Shown: positions 24,687-40,917, counted from the first letter of the stretch. The stretch is DNA of 64,000 nucleotides from Octopus bimaculoides (GCF_001194135.2 NC_068987.1:27778237-27842236); one strand, 5' to 3'. Translations and numbers: made by a program. Notes: generated by a model from the sequence alone, not told the origin.

Positions 24687-27469
24687 TGAACTTTGGAAAT
24701 TTGCATATGAAAACATGTTTTATTTTGAGAGACATATCAACTTCTATAATAAGACTGTCCTTTCCATAAAGTAACAAGTTTGGATTATAATTTGGAAAAA
24801 TGATCTAAGCATATTTAGTTCCTCAGTCAATTTTGTCATATTAGCACAAACAACAGACATTTAATTGAAATACGCATTAAATTTAGTTTTCTAATTTGCA
24901 TTCGGTGACCGTAATCGATACTCGTTTACTCTGAGCATATTTCTTCTTACACTATGTCACTTGTATAACAACTTGTCTTAAAATAAAAACAGTAATTGTA
25001 TGTATTTCTGAGCTATATATACATATTACGTGCTCAGCATTACATTAGGCAATTTAACTACTTAATCAATAAGAGACATCAATTTTAGATCTGTAACTAT
25101 AACGGCCGGTCCTCGAATTATTGGCGTAATGCTTTACAAACTTATAGATTACAAAAGTAATAAAATCTCCTCGTCTGTTTTTGTGTTCTTACATTGAAGA
25201 TTCATTTCCTCAAACTCCCGCAAATATTTAAGTAACTATTTGCATCTATGCATGTATATAATCGTGTGGATTTATTTGCATGAGTCTGTGCGCTTGTGTG
25301 TAACAGACATTGATTAGAGTAAGATTACATGAACAGTTTGTTTTCTCAAGATTAGGAAACCTGAATGGTGGCATCCAACTCGAAGAGTCATTTAGTACGT
25401 TATTTTAATATTAAAACATACGCACATATGCACACACACATAGGAAAGGCGTGCACATACTCATATCTATGAATATATCTATATGAATGTGTGTGTGTGC
25501 GTGCGTGCCTGTGTGTATGTGTGTGTGTGTATCAACATGTGTATCGCGTGCGTGTGCGTAAATTAATATAAGCACATAAAGAAAACTACATATGACATTT
25601 ATGATATTTATTGTTTCATGTACTTAATTGTTTATAGATTTCATCATCCTTTCTACAATCTATAACATGTATATCGTTCTGAGTATGAAATCAGATGTCA
25701 CTTTGCTTTGTTTTGCTTCATATTTTTTTGAGATGTCTAATTTTCAATTTCCACCTTATTATTTACGCAGAGAGATGTACGAATATACAACTTCATTATT
25801 TTCCAAGAGTACTTTGTACAGGACTGAAAAATAATGTCTTGAATAATTCAAGAATGTATAAATACAAGAACGCACTGACGCAGAATAATGTTAAGAACAA
25901 TACTCGGAAAATATTTAAGTTATTGACTGTACAGATTTCTGCAAATACAGGTTATAGTATATTAATAAGCGCTATCTTGCTTGTTATCTCTGAGTTGATG
26001 TCTACAAAATGCATATACAATCAGTAACCTACAAAGCATATATATTCTGATTTGATTTTTAAGAACGTATAAGGTGTCAAATTAAAGTTTAGCATTGAAT
26101 TTTAAAATTATTTTTATTGAAATTTCGGCGTTTGCATCAATTGGAATAGAAACTCCGTGATCTAAATTATGTAAAGAGTCTAATGTTCTATACTGTTGAT
26201 ATTGATATGAAATATAATGATTATTCTATTGTTTTGAAGTTATCTATTTATTCTAGCTGTCGAATGAAGATAAAGCCAGATTGTAAGGAGTTTTCGCAGC
26301 ATTCAGCAATAGAAGATGTGCAGGTGTAGAGGAAGGTTTATTTGAGAAGTAATGAACCAGTGAAGAGAGGATAAATACATTAGCTGTGTATTTATATGTA
26401 GTAAAATCTTGAGTGTTGCTAGCATAAATAAGTTTTAAAATGCTAAGAACGAAAGGGCTTTGAAGTGTAGGCAAAATGTTTACTAAGTGTTAGAAAGAGA
26501 TACATCAAAATGCACTGAGATGACATAACGTGTTATAAATTTTCTTTCCCAATCTGCAGGCCAATATACTTGTCAGAGGCCTACGTTGAAAAATCCCTTT
26601 TTTAAAATTTTGTAAAATACATAACAAACATATTTTACTTTGAAATAATCGATATCATAAACAATTCACAGTGATCTACTCAACACATTTCATATTGGTC
26701 GTTTTACTCATAAAAGAAACATTATTCGATAATCATGAGGGCTTTCAAAAATGCCATATCTTGTTTTCGGTTATATTTACTTGTTTCATTAACTTGTCTC
26801 CAAGGACTATTTTAAATAGTTTTGTTTTTAATATTGTTGTACGTTGTTAGCGTGATTTCCGTATAGTAATGCAGTCCTTCCTTTTTAAGATCGACCATTT
26901 TGGATATAATTTAAAACGGAAAAAACATAACATGAAATTGGAAACAATAAAATAATAGACAGATATCAGGATTAGCTTCGTTTCCATCCCATACTGGCAT
27001 TATAGACTCACTGAATCAACAATACTTATTTTTTTTCAATGAAATGTTTTCGTCGAAGTACAACAGATTGCCTCCAAACGGGGAAAAATTAAATGCAAAT
27101 AAGTTAATTGGTCAATTTGAAACCGAAATATTATTTCTGTAGAAGTAAATCTAAAATAAATATAGTTAAACAAAATCTCCAGACGAAGACGCAATGCGTC
27201 GCCATGAAGTCTTAGATAATACTCATCTACAGAATACTCTTCTATTACGTTCGAATGAATTCAGAACGTTTTAAAATTGCTTTTATTTAGCTTATGATTA
27301 TCTTCATATGACACAACAAAATATTAAATGATTATTTCAAAACGTCATACACGTACATATTATATACGATAGTTGCTTCTTCCGTTAAGTGATCTTGTGC
27401 CAGACTATTAATATAGACGCACTCATTTCTATACATACCAACATAAATATGCGCACATTATGCTATATT

Positions 27470-27540
27470 ATACTGTATTATATTACATTATATCATATTA
27501 TATTATATTATATCATATTATATTATATTATATTATATTT
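27470..27540. repeat. Imperfect (TATTA)n pentanucleotide microsatellite
   Basis: Read directly from sequence. Confidence 0.9.
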
Positions 27541-27946
27541 GTTTTAGAAATACCTAATCGTTAAAAAAAGGAAATCAGCAAATGAAAATAATTCGAAACT
27601 TTTTGTGTTCAAACCCACCTTTCACTTGTTTTGCACTCAATATTTTAAGACAGAATATAATGTAAACTTACGTTGTTTGACGCATTAATTCGCTATTATT
27701 ATGTCATACCAGGTCAGAAAAGCGAAGTATATGGCGATATGAAGTCTATAATTCCATAACAATGGGTTGCGTGAGTGAGCAATAAAGAAGTCATCAAGAA
27801 CTAAGTACGAGGTAAACTGTAGGGTCAACAGAATATGACTTGGGGACAAACCGAGATTTGATAAACCTTTATCCAATCGCCTAGTTGATAAGAAGCAGGT
27901 AAATGCCAGAGACAGGAGTTTGGATGTGTCCAAGTGTGTGCATTCC

Positions 27947-27987
<41 letters not shown>

Positions 27988-30900
27988 NNNNNNNNNNNNN
28001 NNNNNNNNNNNNNNNNNNNNNNNNNNNNNNNNNNNNNNNNNNNNNNNNNNNNNNNNNNNNNNNNNNNNNNNNNNNNNNNNNNNNNNNNNNNNNNNNNNNN
28101 NNNNNNNNNNNNNNNNNNNNNNNNNNNNNNNNNNNNNNNNNNNNNNNNNNNNNNNNNNNNNNNNNNNNNNNNNNNNNNNNNNNNNNNNNNNNNNNNNNNN
28201 NNNNNNNNNNNNNNNNNNNNNNNNNNNNNNNNNNNNNNNNNNNNNNNNNNNNNNNNNNNNNNNNNNNNNNNNNNNNNNNNNNNNNNNNNNNNNNNNNNNN
28301 NNNNNNNNNNNNNNNNNNNNNNNNNNNNNNNNNNNNNNNNNNNNNNNNNNNNNNNNNNNNNNNNNNNNNNNNNNNNNNNNNNNNNNNNNNNNNNNNNNNN
28401 NNNNNNNNNNNNNNNNNNNNNNNNNNNNNNNNNNNNNNNNNNNNNNNNNNNNNNNNNNNNNNNNNNNNNNNNNNNNNNNNNNNNNNNNNNNNNNNNNNNN
28501 NNNNNNNNNNNNNNNNNNNNNNNNNNNNNNNNNNNNNNNNNNNNNNNNNNNNNNNNNNNNNNNNNNNNNNNNNNNNNNNNNNNNNNNNNNNNNNNNNNNN
28601 NNNNNNNNNNNNNNNNNNNNNNNNNNNNNTCCTGCAGATATTTACTTATGTAAATTTTAACAGGTGAAACCACGGTACGTAGGTTAATCGTTTTTTAATT
28701 TAGTATTTTTTTCATTTGTCTTGCCCGTTTACAGTCTGTTGTGTCGCTAAATGTTTTACTGAGAACATATTTCTTTCGTGATTAGATGATTCGGCATCTA
28801 TTTCTAGCATATAGGGATCCACATTTGCTCGTCATTCCTCTTATTTTTGTATGTTATATATATATATATATATATATACGAAAACTGTCTTGTTTTCATT
28901 TTTGTCTTGCGTTGAAAGTCCACAAATATCAATGAATTACAGAACAGATATTAAGACACAATATAGGATGTATAGTTCAAAAATGAATAATTGAATATAA
29001 TAGAGATAACTTAATAGAAATAATAACGAGTATCTACACAAAATTTAAGACTATTAAAAGATGTGTGATTATATTTCCTGTACCAGTAAAAATTGAAAAC
29101 CTATATTTGGGGTTACTTTACAAATTAACAATATTTTATAGCGTTGTTTTATTTGTTTGATATTAGATTCATTTCAAACAATGATGATATAGAATAATAT
29201 AATAAAAATATCCCCAAACTTGACAGACGTTTATATTGTCACAAAAAATAAAATGTGCTAATGAACAGAATATTTTAAGCTGCAATTATCATAAAATTGC
29301 CTTTAATTTTTGTTTTTATGTAACCAAAAAGCAAAGACCGGAACACGAATTGGGCAAGTAAAGCGTGGTTAACAATAATGTTTTATATACTACCATCGAA
29401 TGTATGTACAGACTTTCTGCATTAAAAGACAAAGAAGTGTCAAACCTTTCATCTGTATAATTGAAGTGAAAACTTTTTTTTTATATACTAATGTTACTTT
29501 AATGAGTACTGAAAGCTGTGTTTATTGCTCTGAAATTAAATTAAGGTGTTTTAATATCATTCGTTTATTACTGATAAATATTAAATTTACGATAAAAGAT
29601 CCATTGTAAAAATTAATATAACAGCTTCTCAATTTTAGGTGTTAGTAAATTAATCGTGTATCATAAATATTAGTCGAATATTATAGTTATGTGCTCACCG
29701 TGTGAAATCGATTGGTCAATAAGTGTGATACACTTAAACTCCAGCTGAACCCCTTTGATATCTCAATATTTCTATTAAAAACGTGCTTATATGTATATAT
29801 GTACTGCATTCCCAAGATATCTGACTTTCAACTAATACATTGTTGGGAATAACTGTCCACCTTTAAACTACGTAATTGTTGTTTTAACGCTAAAGGACAT
29901 ATTAAGATTGATAATGGAGGAAGAATGGCTGTATATTCCAATAAATGTCAAATAGTATAAGATAAATAATACAAATATTTTAGCATAACATTTGAAGAGT
30001 ATGTTATTAGAATGTACTGTTGTTGTTCTTCGGCCCTAAATAAACCGAAATTTAGTAAAATCATGATCAGAAGTGTTACAATTGTAGCTGCTGTTTTTGA
30101 CATGTACAACTATATTTCCAGTATGCTTCATCCGTTCTTTACTTGAAAAGCTTATTTGCAGGAATTTCGTTACTAACTCCCGCAGGTCAACCGCTACATA
30201 AAGTTTTCTAATTCTTTTGCATATAATTACAGTAACAAGAAAAAAAAAGGCAAGTTCACAGTGGGGATACAAGCCAGACTGGAATTGTTTTATAGAGGCA
30301 CATTCATTTTGCATTGCTAATTGTAATATGTTGGTATTTTGCCATACTATCCATATTGAGAATACAAAAAGAAATTGTAATGAATTGGTACAAGTGTCGT
30401 CACTTCAAAAAGAAAGATAAAGGAATAGTTCAACCGTTAATTTTTACTATTTCTGAATCAATTATCTTAATTCAAATTAATATAGTTGTACAGTTAATAT
30501 TTTCAGATGTAATGAAGTGAAAAGTATCTTAGTTTCGTGAGCAAAATGGAATTCTAAATGTTAAAAAACATAAAAAATAAAATATTGTATAACTTCTTAA
30601 AATTTTAAAATATTTCTTTTATTTATTTATCTTTAAACTGAATTTCAGCCAGATAGTTCAGGTTTATAGATCAGCTGCGCGTTAAATTTCAACTTAAAAG
30701 TAAAATGTCTGATTTGAGGAAATCGTGATCAGTTGTCGATTACTTGAAGTTGATAACTAGAAATACAATTTGACGAATAATTAATAAAATGATACACTTC
30801 TACCGCCTCCGCCCCAGAAATAAATTAAATTTTCTTTATTATCGGTTGTTGGTGATTCCTATTACAAGATCTATCAGAATAAACGTACATTGAAAAGAAG

Positions 30901-33900
30901 TATTAAACAGATTTCACATTTCAAAAACACAGTAATTGTTTAAGAAAATAAAGTTATTTACATAGTATTCATCACAGATTAATTGTCTTCCACATCAAGA
31001 ACTAATAAACTTTAAAAATATTAGTTTGAATTACATATTTTTAAAAGTGAAAAGAAACGGCTAGCTATATGCAGGGAAATAAAAGTATATATATTTATTT
31101 GACCAGATAATTATATTTCGTAGTATAACTAACTTATCAAAATACCAACATGGCATTGAAATCTGCATTCATTTCTCAGCAAAACTTATCATACACGTTG
31201 ATAAGTGGAAAATAGGATGGAAAAATTTAGAAAATAAATATATATATTTCGCTATATTCAGTTAAACATAACGCTAATCTTGATCTGACTCAATTCAGTA
31301 AAATCAATGGAGAGCAATGGGTTAACCAAACTGAGTGCGTTTTATCATCTAAGCGAAATAGGAAAGTATTCATCAGGTTATTCAGAACTGGAGTATAAGA
31401 TATTATCAGATATTTTATGCAAACTTGCTTCCCTTGAAGTTCATTATACATATACACCAAAAATAGGAGTTGGCATATGAAGGAAATGAAGCGTGGGCTT
31501 TAATACATTTCTGGTTTACAGTTTTATGACTTATTTTCATTCGGCTTCATATAAAAATCTTATGCTGCATGTACATAAACACATGCAAATGCATAATAAA
31601 GATGCATAAAGAGTGAAGTTATAGATTAAACATGATTTGAATTTCTGTAAATGTATTTCAAACACCTGCAAACAACATACTTTAACTATCTTTTGATGAG
31701 CTCACCAATTACAATCCGGCACTTTCGAATGTTCCACAAGTTCCACTCTGTTGAAAGATAAAGTAAACTTTTATTTGATTCCTTGATATGGACTATCATG
31801 TGCTGAACTACATCCATATCCTCCTTAGATATATTATTTGTTACTTAATCTGTCACGCCACAGTCGTGAACGAACCGAAATATAACTTTTTCACCTTTGA
31901 AACTTTCAACAGCGCTACCACATTAAATATGTTTACACAAATTTATCTAACGATGTTATAATGAACTCCAACTGTACTGACGTCACCATTGCATTTTATT
32001 TTTCGAGACTATATGAATAGGGAGTCGGCTTATTCTTTATAGAAATACGATTATCGGAGTGTGTTGACAATTAAAATAAGGCAAAGATAATTCTTAATTT
32101 AGTTTGTGGTACAGAAATTATGAATTTACTATCTTTACAGACTTATTATACCAAAAATCGAAGATGAACAAAAACATTCAGTCAGGTATAGCAAGACTCA
32201 ATACATTTCGAATATGTTTTCAAAACATTTAACGAGAAACGTCTTATTATACATAAACAACGGAAACATTTTGGCTGTATATATCACCTTCTACTACATA
32301 TCTACATTAAAATGTTAGTCACGTTAAATCTCAGCATCATTTACTTTCCCTTTATAGAGTTAAATTAAATTGATGAAAGATTATTTTTGTTTCCTACATT
32401 AACTGTATTAAACTGCAGTAGCTATAATATTTTCTTGTTAAAAGTATCCATGCTTGGTGCAAAGGAACTCTAACTTCGAAAAGTCATTCGGCAACTATGT
32501 ATTTATTTGATTGATCCTAATTCCCTGAAGTGTAACAAAATCAAAACCGACTCATTTTCATTGCTTATCTACGTTTATCTCTTAATTTAAATTACTATGT
32601 TTATTTCTTTTCTGTTCTCAATAATAACTGCAATTAAGCCTAAAAATTATTCTTCACTCTACGTATATAATTTCATTTCAATAAAACTATTTTTGACTCA
32701 CCACATAATGCATATTAGACTGAACGGTGCTATACATCAGCAGAAGGTAAGCGTTTTAATTACAAACATATTTTAATGATTTTCTACTAAGAATAAATTA
32801 TTTTCACTACGAAATTCAGAAAAGCATGCGTTTGTATTGCGATATAACTTAATAAAGTTCGATTAAAGTGAAAATGTATTTCATTCAAAATATATCACGC
32901 ATAGGCGTTTCGTATTCATGCAAAGAATCGAGTTTGTAATTGCTTCCAGAAACCAGGTCTAAAATTAATTTCTAAAAGAATATGCTTTGCACCATGTTAA
33001 AGTATAAACCTCATAATTTATTTTAAGTATTATAGCTTTTAGTCATATTGAAGATTCTCAAAATAGATTATCCAGTTGCATATCATTAGGAATTGCTATG
33101 CGCTCCTTATTAACAAAATAGAATAAATACTTAAAGCATTGAGCACATCTCTGCACGAATTTCGTAAAAAATTCACGAGTGTGGCTTAGATACATATTTA
33201 ATGTCACCTTAGTGATATTATATCAAATGAAATACATCATTCTGAAAAGACATTTCGGTCATCAATACGCTTCGAATAAATTAGCATATTACAAATTAGC
33301 AACAATCATTTCATACATACAAGACAGTATACTCAAGGTATACAAACAGAGATTTTATCAAAAAGGTTTGAGTACATGCACTATCAAAATGTCTATGGAC
33401 AGCATTCTTACAATTCTATCATTAGCAGTCAATAAAAAAAAATTAAGGTTCATAATTAATATGTATTCTTATTCAGTTATCTACTGAGATTTTGTAACAT
33501 TGTGTGAGAACAACTCTACAACTTTTGAGATGGCCAATGAATTCGAATAATGAGCTAAGGCAAATTATGCATGAGGTACTGCAGATCTGTTGCCGAGATC
33601 ATCGAAATATTGCATTCGGATTTTAGCGAACGTTCTTTAGTCGATCAACGTTTTGTGAATGGCAGGCGTGTTTCAAATCCGAACGAGAGTCTGTGGAGAG
33701 TTTGAGCATTCAAAGTGACGAATCACTTGTATAATGCAGGAAAATAGGGAAAATATATCGCGAAGTTATCCATTAAGACATAAAGAGGAATCAGTTATGT
33801 AGTTTGTTAAAATGTACATCGAGTATTATGTATCATGTGGGTAGCTTGCAATGTAAGCTTTTGTTCACCAGGTTTTATGAAAGGTTTGTTCTCCACTTTT

Positions 33901-34835
33901 TAATGCCTGTGAATTTTATTGATCTATTAAATGTTTTGTTTGTTCTGCGACTGTTTCCCTCGAGTGAGTTTTTTTGTTGATTACTTCTATGTCATGCTTT
34001 CACGCATCCTTGTATAGGTACGTGAGAGAGACGCTTGTCTCTCAATTCAGATTGCAGTTCAGTAGCTTAGTAGATATGAATTTTTTTTCATGTAATAATA
34101 TCATTATCTATAAAACGAACTTATCCCAGTCATCAAGTACTTGTCGCCGTCAAGTGAACATGAGTAACATTCCAGTGCAGATACGTCAATGCTTCAAACA
34201 CTGTTCTGCTAGCTGTTCTCAAGAACTCTGTGCATACGCCTCATATGAAACATGTAAAGTTTATGTTCTGTGTCATGTACGTTGTTCGGTGACAAGCTGT
34301 CATAAAGAAGTGTACTAAGAACATACATCTTTTACACCTTCAACTTTGTAGTAGAAGTTCCGACATTTTTATTCTCCCATACATTCTTTGTAAATCTTAA
34401 GAGAAAATTCGCTGCTTTACTGATATGCTTCTTGTGTTCTGCATATATCATTTGGTTGTCAAACAGTAGTGGATCCAAGACTTTGAAAGTTATGATTCTA
34501 GTTATTTGTCTTCAATATGAATGAAAAGGGAGATTGAAGTACTTTTACTTATGACTTACCTGTTCATGAGACCTATTATTAGGTCAAATAGGTTGCATAG
34601 TTCTGGGAGTTTTTTCGTCAGATATCTATTATTGTAAGTTTCTGCACAGTTTTTATAGGTAACTGCATCTCCGAAAACAGCATTTCCCGAACATTACCTT
34701 ATAAGACCATTAGTTTGTTTCTGTTATAGAGCGAAAAACAAGACCTGCATGTGGAGTTAGAGACTAAATGCAGTACTCTAGTCCATCTTCCAGAAGCCAA
34801 TAATGACACAAACTTCCATAGAGATGCATGATCAC

Positions 34836-35967
34836 CATCTCTCTTGTACCGTGGCATATTCATGCGATTGACGAATCATGGCTTGTTCCTCCATTTGTTT
34901 CTCTCTCTCTCGCAACACTACCCTGAACTTTTTTGCTCTGAACGTTCATTCTTTTCTTCATCCAGTAGAATATCATTCTCTGCATTCCCCTCTCTCTTCT
35001 TCCCACGAGCTCAGTCTCCATCATGTAACGCTCCATTCCGTCATTCTCTCTGAGAAAATGACCAACAATCTCCACTGTCCCTCTCTGATAGTATCCATCA
35101 ACTGTCTCTTCACTTTCATCTTCTTCAACACTTCCTCATTCGTCATCCTCTATACTCTCGAGACTCTAAGCATTTTCTATAAAACCACATTTCTGAATGT
35201 TTGAGTCACTTCTCCATGATTTTGCTCATCGTCTAAGATTCACATCCATATATTAGCACCGACCAGATGTAGCAATTCAATACTCTTTTCTTGACTTGCA
35301 TTCCGATTTTCTTTGCACAAAACATGCTCTTCATATCCATAAAATTCGTCCTTGCTAATCCAATTCTGCACTTGATGTCTTTATCTGACCTTCCATTTGA
35401 TGTTATCCAACTTCCCGGATATATGAAACTGTCCTTCCCTTCAATCCTAGTTCCATTTGCCGACAAGCGACATGCGGGTACCTGTGCTTTCTTGGTACAA
35501 ACCATTGAGGTTTTCTGACAGTTAATCGTCAGTCCAAGCTTTCCATTCTCCTCAGTCACAATATTAACCAATCCTTGAAGTTTCTCTTCTGTGTCCGCAA
35601 ACAAAGCCGTTTCGTCTGCGTACCTCAGATTGTAATAATTACTTTCCCCCAGTTGTAACCCTGCAATTGTCTTGATTTTGCTTAGAGCCTTCTCACTATA
35701 TAGGTTGAATAAATCAGGTGACAAAATACAACCCTGCCGGACGCCTTTTTGGATGTCAATTCAGTCACCCAATTCTCCATGCACTCTGATGGCTGCTGTC
35801 TGGTCCCAATACGAATTTCGAATCCTTCTTAGATCTTTCTCATCAATCTCGAGTTCTTCCAGCATTCTCACCAACTCTTCATGCTTGACACAGTCAAATG
35901 CCATCACGTAATCAATAAAACAGATGTACAAGTCTTTTTGATTCTCTATACACTCTTTCAACAACGT
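34836..35967 (-). mobile_element. RTE-clade (BovB-like) LINE, 3' part with RT domain; inactive; 5' end lost in a gap
   Basis: CFIDYVMAFDCVKH..GELGD*IDIQKGVRQGCILSPDLFNLYSE..NLRYADE..GLTINCQKT..CYIWSVLIYGCES*. In-frame stops; YADD reads YADE. 3' end ...ccacggtacaagagag. Confidence 0.92.
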
Positions 35968-36360
35968 NNNNNNNNNNNNNNNNNNNNNNNNNNNNNNNNN
36001 NNNNNNNNNNNNNNNNNNNNNNNNNNNNNNNNNNNNNNNNNNNNNNNNNNNNNNNNNNNNNNNNNNNNNNNNNNNNNNNNNNNNNNNNNNNNNNNNNNNN
36101 NNNNNNNNNNNNNNNNNNNNNNNNNNNNNNNNNNNNNNNNNNNNNNNNNNNNNNNNNNNNNNNNNNNNNNNNNNNNNNNNNNNNNNNNNNNNNNNNNNNN
36201 NNNNNNNNNNNNNNNNNNNNNNNNNNNNNNNNNNNNNNNNNNNNNNNNNNNNNNNNNNNNNNNNNNNNNNNNNNNNNNNNNNNNNNNNNNNNNNNNNNNN
36301 NNNNNNNNNNNNNNNNNNNNNNNNNNNNNNNNNNNNNNNNNNNNNNNNNNNNNNNNNNNN

Positions 36361-36412
<52 letters not shown>

Positions 36413-37476
36413 ATATATGTGTGTGCATGTATATATATATATGCGCGTGTGTGTGCGTGTGCGTGTAGATGGATAGATAGATACATCGGTAGGTAGGTAT
36501 TTATGTACGTAGGTAAGTAGATGGGTAGGTAATTAGAGAGAGAGACAGACACAGTGAGTGAGAAAGAAAGAAAGAAAGAATGAATGAATGAAAGAATGTA
36601 AGGAAGGGAGATGAATATATTCGTGTATATAAACAACTTGTGTTCTGAAAAGTTTATACGTTTGTATCTGAATATGAAATTAAGGCCAGTATTGTGGTGA
36701 AAACTAATTTTTTGTGTATATTGAAAGGCAAAAAGAAGTAGGCAAGAAAGATTATTGCTACTGATCTCGAAGTGTAATAAGTATTTCTAATTCAAGCAAA
36801 CAATCCAACAATTATTTTGAAACATTATCAATTTAGACCCTTCAACAAATGTTTTTTTTTTTGTTCCGTTCATAGGGAATGTTAATAACCAAACAATGTT
36901 TACAATGGTTTATCAATTTAGATAATTAAAAGATTTTATGTGAAATCAAACAACGTCCTTTCCATCGTAGATCATATATACACTCCATAAACAGCTACTT
37001 TACCTTGATGTGTAAATATATAATTGTATTGTAATATATTAATTTATAATTCGAAGGGATATAAGCCTTTCATGCAATTATAACTATTGAGAGAGTTTAT
37101 ATACTTCAACCAAACGCACGTCAAATTGTATCAGGGTGGGGAGAATATTCAAATAATATACTACTCTTAACATAAACGTAAATGATATTTGTACGAATAT
37201 TTTTTTGTGAAAATATTAACAGGAGTTTCAAATGACAATAGAAATAATACCAATAGATTAATTTTGCAAGCGTCCTCGAACATCCTAATGAAGCAAGATA
37301 AAGGCATTTACAATGATCACTGCTTCCAATATCAAATGATATTCTCTTAGAGCCTGAAAGAATTATGTCAAAGAATATTACTAGTTCCTATTGTAATTAA
37401 TCATTATCAAAAGTACTCAAGTATTAAAACTCATACATCCTATACATGCACATATATACATAAATATACATATACA

Positions 37477-37510
<34 letters not shown>

Positions 37511-38403
37511 CATATATATACATGTATGTATATAAATTTATCTATGCATATATGTATATAGGCATATATATATATATATACATAGATGCATATATGTACA
37601 TACATATATATATATATGCATATATGCACGTATATANNNNNNNNNNTCATGTATACGCATACATAATATACACATATATATGTACGTACGTATAGAATAT
37701 ACATATATACATACACATAGATGTATATATCTACAAAAACACAGACACAATATAGAAATATATATAAGTTTCACATTTGAGTGCATGCAACGAATATGTT
37801 CCAACTTATTACAGTGTTCTTAAAAGACTAAAGCAAAGAAAGGGACAGAAGGCAATATAAAAAAAAGAAGGAACGAAAAGATATGCTTTGAAATAGATTC
37901 TGAAACAGAAAATATGTACGATAGGATTGTTTTTAAGTGGAAGTATCTTAACTATGAGATCTGCATAGCTATTAATCTTTCCTCCTCCTGAACGACTGCT
38001 TTATGGCTTTCAGAAATCCATGTTGCATTTGGTGTACTATGGTATCCGTAAATAACAAATGAGAGCAAGGTGTTGAAATTGGGAAATTGCTTGGTTATCA
38101 TCTGTGTAACACCTATGTACAACATTTCGACTTGATTCGTTCTAGTAAAACTCTTTTGGTTGTAACCTAAGTGATGTAAAAAGCCCGAGGAAATGGAACG
38201 AGTTATAATTGCATGCGTCCCTGAAGCTATGTTTCTGTGTGAATATTCTGTGCATACATATATGTATCTGGTCATGTGCGAGATATATGTTGCTATGTGA
38301 GTGCCTGTAAGCTGATTCGTGCGAGCATATAATATTTATATGTCGTGTAATGAATGATGATATGTGACGTATTACTAAAATTTAGTTTTCTGGTGAATAT
38401 ATA

Positions 38404-38577
38404 GGCGTAGGAGTGGCTGTGTGGTAAGTAGCTTGCTTACCAACCACATGGTTCCAGGTTCAGTCCCACTGCGTGGCATCTTCGGCAAGTGTTTTCTACT
38501 ATAGCTTCGGGCCGACCAAAGCCTTGTGAATGGATTTGGTAGACGGAAACTGAAAGAAGCCCGTCGTATATATGTAT

Positions 38578-38611
<34 letters not shown>

Positions 38612-38821
38612 ATGTGTTTGTCCCCCCCCAACATCGCTTGACAACCGATGCTGGTGTGTTTATGTCCCCGTAACTTAGCGGTTCGGCAAAAGAGACCGAT
38701 AGAATAAGTACTAGGCTTCCAAAGAATAAGACCTGGGGTCAAGTTGCTCGACTAAAGGCGGTGCTCCAGCATGGCCACAGTCAAAAGACTGAAACAAGTA
38801 AAAGAGTAAAGAGTAAAGAGT
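38404..38821 (+). mobile_element. Full-length family-C SINE: tRNA head, CORE-like domain, internal (TA)/(TG) microsatellite, (AAAGAGT)n tail
   Basis: Box A TGGCTGTGTGG, box B GGTTCAGTCCC, then ggcatcttcggcaagtg. Near-identical copy at 48574-49100. Confidence 0.92.
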
Positions 38822-38899
38822 ATATTTGCTATAAAAAGAAAAGAATAGGCTGTGAGTTTTAAGGATATGTGAGTTAACCACTAGTTGAAAATAAAACTT

Positions 38900-39520
38900 T
38901 TTCTGATACCTTTATCATTCATATGTCGATTGGTGTCTCCAAACTTATATTCACACATCGTACTCTGTATACCCAATCTTCTTTAACCATTGCTCCACAG
39001 CATTATTGCAAATGGTTTCTGTCTGTACATCCACCACACTACGCTGGTCTCCTCCATCGAACCTGTTTCCCCCATTATTTTCGTCAGTTCATTCATTTCA
39101 CCATCTACACAAGCTTTCCAAATCTATATTCTGTACTTTCAGCGACTCCAGGTACTTCACATTTTTTACGCTATCTGCACTTTACACCTCATCAGTATAT
39201 AACCCTCTTCATTCACAAACTTAATCGTTTCCTCGTTTCTTTTCTCTCCAATATGAACCCATCACCATCCACCACTTCTGCGCTCACCCCTCCTCATTTA
39301 AACGTATCGAGAATTGGCGTAACTTAGTGATCCGTTGCTTCCACCCACCATTTACAGATGCATGTTCAATCTGGATATTTTGCCTGTTTCCAACAATGTT
39401 ACCATAACGTTTCCTTTATATTTATGGGAACTAACAATTCCTCACATATCCATTCACCAGAACCACTGGGGACTTGTAATTTGCATTAAATGCGGACCAT
39501 ACGGTCATCTATACTTAAGA
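38900..39520 (-). mobile_element. Highly decayed LINE RT relic (RTE-type)
   Basis: Minus-strand fragments YKSPVVLVNGICEELLV, LYTDEV*SADSV..LES and IQSTMCEY echo RT motifs and a following Cys knuckle. Many stops. Confidence 0.35.
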
Positions 39521-39797
39521 TTAATCGATATCATAGGAACTTCTTCCCTTTAAGACTTCCAATTAAACATCATTCCAGCTACAAGCAGCGATTATGATAC
39601 ATTCTCTAGAGGCAGAGATAATTTTAATAAATCAAGAAATTATGTTGTATTTGATATCCCTATATTTGTCTTTAGTATTCAAATATATGCCATTTGTCAC
39701 ACTGAGTTATTTCTCTTCGCTCATTTTAGTTAAATTATATGTATGTATGTATGTATATATGTATGTATGTATGTATGGATGAATGCATGCATGTATG

Positions 39798-39828
<31 letters not shown>

Positions 39829-39970
39829 AGGATCACATATGGAAAATTTGGACTGGAATAGCGAAGTATTGTAAAATAGCATTTTACTGAATCTGAAATA
39901 TCAGTTTCTTGAAACTGAGTGAATGTCGTTTCGGCGTTAACAAAATACTATGTACACACACACACACACA

Positions 39971-40001
<31 letters not shown>

Positions 40002-40051
40002 GCGCGCGCACACACACACACGCACACACACACACACANNNNNNNNNNGTG

Positions 40052-40085
<34 letters not shown>

Positions 40086-40917
40086 TGTATGTATGTATGC
40101 GTGTATGTATGCATAGATGTCTGTATTTATATCTCTTATCTATGTATATATGTATCGCTGCATGTAGTTATGTTTCTTTATAGATGCATCTGTGTTAATG
40201 TATCTGTGTAAAGGAAAATTTCTGATAATTAGTATAAATCAACTTCATTATTTAATGTGAAATACTTATCAACAGAAGCCGGAGATACGAGATGCATTGC
40301 ATAAATTTACTCTCTTTTCATGATTCGAAAGGTACCTAGAATTTTGAAGTTGAGAAGCATTCTCTTTCCTTTTAACTATTAATCCATGTTGTGCGCATCA
40401 AACAATAATGTATCTGAACTACTATTCTACATAATTTCAAGACACATATATAATTTTTTGTGCGGCGGAGATAAAGTACAAAGCACGAAGTGCAAACGTG
40501 TTTGTTATTTTTATCGACATTTTATCGACATTTCTAATGCCATGTGGCAAATTGTGGGGCGCTCAATACAACTCTGATTTTGAACCCCTAACTGAATCTG
40601 GTTAATGAGTCATTAAGTTACATTTTATCAAAAACCAAGAGAGGCATATTTGGTAAATTATCCAACCGTCAATGGTTTGGTCAATTGTTTCATCGGAGTG
40701 ATAGAATTTGGAATAGAATTTTGCACATACTTCTAATACTGTTTATCTTATAAAAAAATATTTCACTGGAAGTTATTCTATTTCCACAAAAATAACGTTA
40801 TGAGAATAAACAAAAGATACTAAGTTAAGGTAAATACCAATGTTTTATCACAACGCTGGTTTTATTGAAGTACACAAAACGAACATGAAAATCTAATAGA
40901 AAAGAAAATTACTTTAC